Assembly: GCF_001194135.2 (NCBI RefSeq)
Contig: NC_068994.1
Coordinates: 34,542,178 to 34,599,819 of the forward strand
Reading direction: 5' to 3'
Length of the DNA: 57,642 nt
Source of the DNA: Octopus bimaculoides
Taxonomy: Eukaryota
The translations under genes were made by a program, and so were the position numbers. Below are positions 52,146 through 57,642 of the stretch, piece after piece (the stretch's first letter is position 1; every line of letters begins with the position of its first letter). The notes under the pieces were generated by a model. That model had not been told where the DNA came from, ran no database searches, and worked only from the letters and a program-made list of their open reading frames with translations.

Positions 52146-52167
52146 GGGGTTATGGGGAAGGGGAGGG
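52146..52167 (+). other. Canonical G-quadruplex motif
   Basis: GGGG-TTAT-GGGG-AA-GGGG-A-GGG. Confidence 0.6.
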
Positions 52168-52550
52168 TTAGATTCCTGAAGACAAATGTTTGAGAGAAAA
52201 GGGTGTAAGTGAAGCAGTTATTGTTGCTTCTAGAGTAGAAGATGGGGTTGGATGTTATATGAGTTACTGAAAAGAAGTGGTGGTGGTTGGGGGAGTGGAT
52301 TAGGTTGGCTTAACCTGAACAGATCAAGTGAGCCTGAGTGAAAGTGCCATAAGATCAGCAGTAGAGGCAACTGTAGTTGTGGTAGGAAAGGCAGAGGGAG
52401 CTTTTTTATTTTATTTGCAGGGAGATGATAAAAGAATAAGTGAATTCAGTTGGAATCAAAATTAAGAGGCCTGAATTTATAATACACAGAAATGCATGCA
52501 TGTCATCTGATGTTCAACTGCCTTGACCATCTTATTTCTTTTGTGGCAAG

Positions 52551-52633
52551 GCAGAACGCTTGAAGTTTATAGAAGAAATCGAATAAATGAACCCACATCA
52601 CGGCAAGAAATGCAAAGAAGGGCAGCTCTGTAA
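52551..52633 (+). CDS. Candidate terminal coding exon, phase 1: RTLEVYRRNRINEPTSRQEMQRRAAL*
   Basis: ttgac branch-like motif and cttatttcttttgtggcaag acceptor. Three CpGs in 83 nt. No homologue recognised; phase 0 (AERLKFIEEIE*) is also open. Confidence 0.2.
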
Positions 52634-53287
52634 AACTCACTAGTTCACCTGGAACTGACCCCAGAGACAAGGCTGGGAAATGAGTCTTAAAAAAAAAAAA
52701 AATGCAAGCATTGATGCTAATGGCAGTGCTCCAGCATGGCCACAGCCTCTGGCTGAAACCAATAACAGAATAATACCATGACATTTGATATTTGACATTG
52801 CTATCAAATATCTCAAAGGCATTTAGCACAGTGTGTGAATAGCTACAATTAGGAATCAAAAGACAATCATGGAATCACTTCACCAGGGAGTAACATCTTG
52901 TCTATTTCAATGACAATAGGCTAGTTTGTATTTTAACTGTGGCAACTGAAAAGAATTAGTGAAACAAAAATAAATAAATGGAACTTAACCAGCAGCCTTC
53001 TTAGTTGTGCTTAATAACTTTAACCCTTATAAGAACAGCTAGGCTCATTTATTTATCTTTTGGATTGGATCACTTGTTTTTATACTAGAAAAACAAAACT
53101 TTTTGTTGGACACTGTATTTTAAGTGTTTGTGTATGTGTAATACCAAAGTGGTTACTATGCACTCACAGGTATGTAGAGTGTGTGTGTGTGTGTATAGTG
53201 TGCATACAAATATTTTTATATATGCATACATTTATATGTAAAAATACACATAAATATATTTATATACCTATATATCATATATATATC

Positions 53288-53343
<56 letters not shown>

Positions 53344-53712
53344 NNNNNNNNNNNNNNNNNNNNNNNNNNNNNNNNNNNNNNNNNNNNNNNNNNNNNNNNN
53401 NNNNNNNNNNNNNNNNNNNNNNNNNNNNNNNNNNNNNNNNNNNNNNNNNNNNNNNNNNNNNNNNNNNNNNNNNNNNNNNNNNNNNNNNNNNNNNNNNNNN
53501 NNNNNNNNNNNNNNNNNNNNNNNNNNNNNNNNNNNNNNNNNNNNNNNNNNNNNNNNNNNNNNNNNNNNNNNNNNNNNNNNNNNNNNNNNNNNNNNNNNNN
53601 NNNNNNNNNNNNNNNNNNNNNNNNNNNNNNNNNNNNNNNNNNNNNNNNNNNNNNNNNNNNNNNNNNNNNNNNNNNNNNNNNNNNNNNNNNNNNNNNNNNN
53701 NNNNNNNNNNNN

Positions 53713-53744
<32 letters not shown>

Positions 53745-54604
53745 TCTACATATATGTGTTTATATGTGTGTGCACATAAAGATAATTAACCTAGCGTGAT
53801 CTCACTACTCTGAGTTTTTCAGTTTGTTGCATTTGTTTAATCCACAAATATGAGGAATCTCCTTGTTGCAGCAATAAAATGAATCTTTTCCAACAGCTTC
53901 GAATGTATAAATTCTACTAGGTGTATTGAAAATGGGTCCTGTAGGATGAGCCGAAAGATAATGTTGCTTGTCTTTTCATACAACTAAATACATAAATATA
54001 TATATGTATATATCCTTATGCAGATCTGTCATAACACTTAAGTCTCATACTACCAGAGCCTAATCTGGTTTTCATGGTGTATGAGTGACTGAGATTACAA
54101 CACTATCCACTGGATGGAATACCAGTCCATCACAGTGTTAACTTCCCAGCTATCACTGAAACTCATTTACTGCTGAGTGGATTGGAACAACATGATATGA
54201 AGTGTTCTGTCCAAGAATGCAGTGCAACTCCTGGTTTGAGAATCAAAATCATGATCTTAGGCTTGTAAATGCAATAAAATAACCATCAGGACAATCACCT
54301 TCACCATATGTACATAAACACACACACACATATATAATATAAATAATATATAAATATATGCATGTATCCATACATATATGTACATACCTACATCTATATG
54401 TATACATACATGCATATATGGGTACAGGACATCACAAAAAACGTTAAACACAATGAGTTTCGTTTNNNNNNNNNNCTGGTTATTATTATTTTTTTGTCTA
54501 CGTTTTGTTTGCAATGTCCTATACCCAGATATGCACCTATATATACAGGTAGACATAGGTATGCACATACCTGTACGTATATATGCTTATACTCATTTAT
54601 TATT

Positions 54605-54646
<42 letters not shown>

Positions 54647-56099
54647 TATATTCAAAAAAGAAGCACACTCTAAAGCATAGAGCAGTAATGTATTTATATT
54701 CAGTTAAGTATATGTCTGGTCATAGAGTGACCAATGACTTCGCATCCTTAAAGTGCATAGCTTTATGGACAACTTGTCAGACTCTAATAGCTCTTCAATG
54801 TATCTGTGTGTGTGTGTGTGTGTGTACACACGTGTGCAGTTATTAATCATTATAACAGCTGAAATACATAGTGACTACAATGATTTTTTTTACTTAAATT
54901 AAGCACAAAGCTGCTAATTTTGTTTTGAATGAAGGAAGGGGTGGACAAAAAGGGTTTGATCTAAAAAGAGTATTATGGAGTTTTCCTTACTATTTTTTCT
55001 CCTCAGTAGTAATAATATATTGAAACAGAGTAATAATAATGCTATGAAAATGTACTGAGAACAAAAATAAAAATAAATGTACTGAAAACCACACATACAT
55101 AAATAAAATAGAAAAACCAACAGGTGAAATGTTAAAATGAAATTTTCTAATCATCAGTAAACTTATTATTATTATTATTAATATTATTATTATTATTATT
55201 ATTATCATCATCTATAAAATTCGAAAAAATATTTTTGTATTTTAAAAGTCTTTTTTGTTTTTAGTAGTATTTATTGATTCACAAACAAATAAACAAACAT
55301 GCAGACTACATCACAGCAATTTTGTTAGGAAGATAAAAAGTAACAAACAAACAAACAAACAAACAAATCCCCATAAACATAAAAAATAACATACAAACAT
55401 AAAAAATAATTTGAATTTCTTCATAGTCAAAGAAACAATGAGATGGATGATGGGGGTAGACAGTGTGTGAGAGACTGAGTGGGGAGAAGAAGAGAAAACT
55501 GTTTTTTTTTTAAATAAGACCAAGAAAGTTAAACAAAAACAATTACAAATAAACAATGGTTGTGGTGATGGTGGTAGTGAGAGGAATGGTGAAAAACAAC
55601 AACAATAACAGTTCAAAAATATAAAGAAAAGATGTAAACAGAAAAAAAAAACAGAAAATAACAGACAATAAAATGAAAGTTTAAAAGACAAATTAAACAA
55701 AATTAAAACAAATAAAATTTGAACTATCTAATAACAACAACAATGCTTGTTAAAGAATATAGCATTGGTGGTGGTGGTCATGGTGGGTTGAGGATGTAAT
55801 AAAACAATAACAAAACAATAAATAACAAACATCATTATAGTCTGTGATTTATCTTGTGTTTCTTTCTTTCTTTGCTTTTGGAATTTTTCTTTTTTTTTTC
55901 CCTTTCTAGAAATTGTTGTAATTGCACTAGGTAGGTCCATGTGTGTGTGTGTGTGTGTGTGTGTGTGAGATTTATTTTATTAATACTGTTAATGATGATT
56001 ATTTTTGCAATTATCATTTCAAACACAGGTACATGTAGCGACAATTTTTCTTTATTTCTTTCTTGCTTTTTTTTGTTTTGTTTTTTTTTGGTCCGTGAA

Positions 56100-56500
56100 G
56101 AGAAAGCTGTGTAGTTGATTAATTCAACCTTGCCAAACCTGAGTATGTGACTGGTATTATTATTTTATCAAACCCAGAAGGACATAAGCAAAGTTGACCT
56201 TGGCAGTATTTAAACCTGGAACATAATGGACATTTGAACTGTCACAAAATATCCTTGCTTGATGCTCTACCGATTCTACGAATTTGCTACTATGATGATG
56301 ATGATGATGATGATAGTGGTGATGATGACAATGATTTCTGAGACAGTGTAACCACAAATATTTGTTTGGGAAAGAGTGTAGGAGCAGCCAATGCTTTTGT
56401 CTCACCCAAGCCTACTACAAATGAAAGGCTAAGATGCCCTCTGTGGTTTGTGGATCCAGCATGTAAAATAGCGTAACTAAATACCATAAGACACTCAGTT
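56100..56500. mobile_element. Degenerate SINE fragments (family B on minus plus other SINE pieces)
   Basis: tattttatcaaacccagaaggacataagcaaagttgaccttggcag matches family B. Remainder is repeat-like but unclassified. Confidence 0.5.
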
Positions 56501-56834
56501 AGACATTCTACTGACTTCGTCTGATCTCGCCCCTCTGATGACGATGATGATGATGAAATTGATGATGGTAATAATGATGATGAAGATAAAGAAATTGTTG
56601 GTGGTTGATGCAATGAGTTTTCAGTGAAGTTCCCAGAGATGTAGATGGTAAGGAACTTCAACCAATGGTATAAACTTATTTGTGATTGCAATTTTAACTA
56701 ATGTATTTGAACTGTAAGGTTTTCATGAGTTTTGACGAATACACATGCAGATACACCTGCATGCACTGCTACAAATGTACACACAAGCATGCACATCTAT
56801 ATACATATCCATACATATACATAACACATTTCTG

Positions 56835-56885
<51 letters not shown>

Positions 56886-57585
56886 CTTTTTTTTAATTAA
56901 TTGGCAGAAATTCACAAGTTACAAAGATGAGTGAAGGGCCAAGATTTTTAGGAATGCCACTTACCAAACTGTTTATAAAGTACCTATATATATACACATA
57001 TATCTTCAGATTTATTCTTTATCCTTGCAGAGAAACCTATTTCCTAAAATCCTTCCCACTTATCAGAGAGGTACTGGGATTTGTGTATATGTTTAATGAA
57101 GTTATGTATATGAAAGTGTGTGTTTAAGTATCTGTATACACATAATTATGTGTATGCTTGAGCATATGAATATATACGTGAGTAAATTGTACTTTCTTAT
57201 ACCACTGTATAGATATGCTTTCTCATATATATCAACCTGGTAATATGTGTAGCTGTTTAAATGTGAGTGTATGTAAATACATATGGGAAGTATATAAATT
57301 CTTATTTATGTGTATAAATGTATATGAGTGTGCATGTGTAAATTTAAGTGCATGATGTATCTTGTAGTAATGTATGTTTGTGTCTGTGTATGTTTGCGTA
57401 TATGTATGTTTTTCGGTATAGACACATATATTCCAATATAATTTGGTCATAAGTGCATGAATAGTGATATTCAAATGCATGTGTTTATGCTTACACAGTC
57501 TCAGTGTAAATGCTTGTGATTATGTACATGTTTAATTTAATAAGAGCCAAGGTATATACATACATACATACATATATATATGCAT

Positions 57586-57642
<57 letters not shown>

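Overview
AT-rich eukaryotic genomic DNA, dense in microsatellites, with many N gaps. The SINE families are ones I recall from Octopus assemblies, so a coleoid cephalopod is likely (inference, not database-checked). No intact, recognisable protein-coding gene, rRNA, tRNA gene or CRISPR array is present. Almost all listed ORFs come from gaps, microsatellites or dead transposons. Bases 1-36.5 kb are a layered transposon graveyard: tRNA-derived SINEs (several nested), a HERO-like non-LTR 3' end, RTE-like LINE ends, two DD37D (maT) fragments, a DD34D mariner, a FLYWCH-MULE transposase and two Helitron fragments. The most distinctive structure is at 20.2-20.8 kb, a ~135-bp inverted repeat whose arms each carry a minimal type I hammerhead ribozyme motif of the Penelope/retrozyme kind, plus a 54-bp palindromic direct repeat. 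Bases ~36.6-52.7 kb are nearly SINE-free. They contain a degenerate 22-nt tandem array, two G-quadruplex motifs and several candidate short exons on both strands, suggesting a constrained part of an unidentified gene. All exon and promoter calls are low-confidence. Most repeat boundaries are approximate, read by eye.
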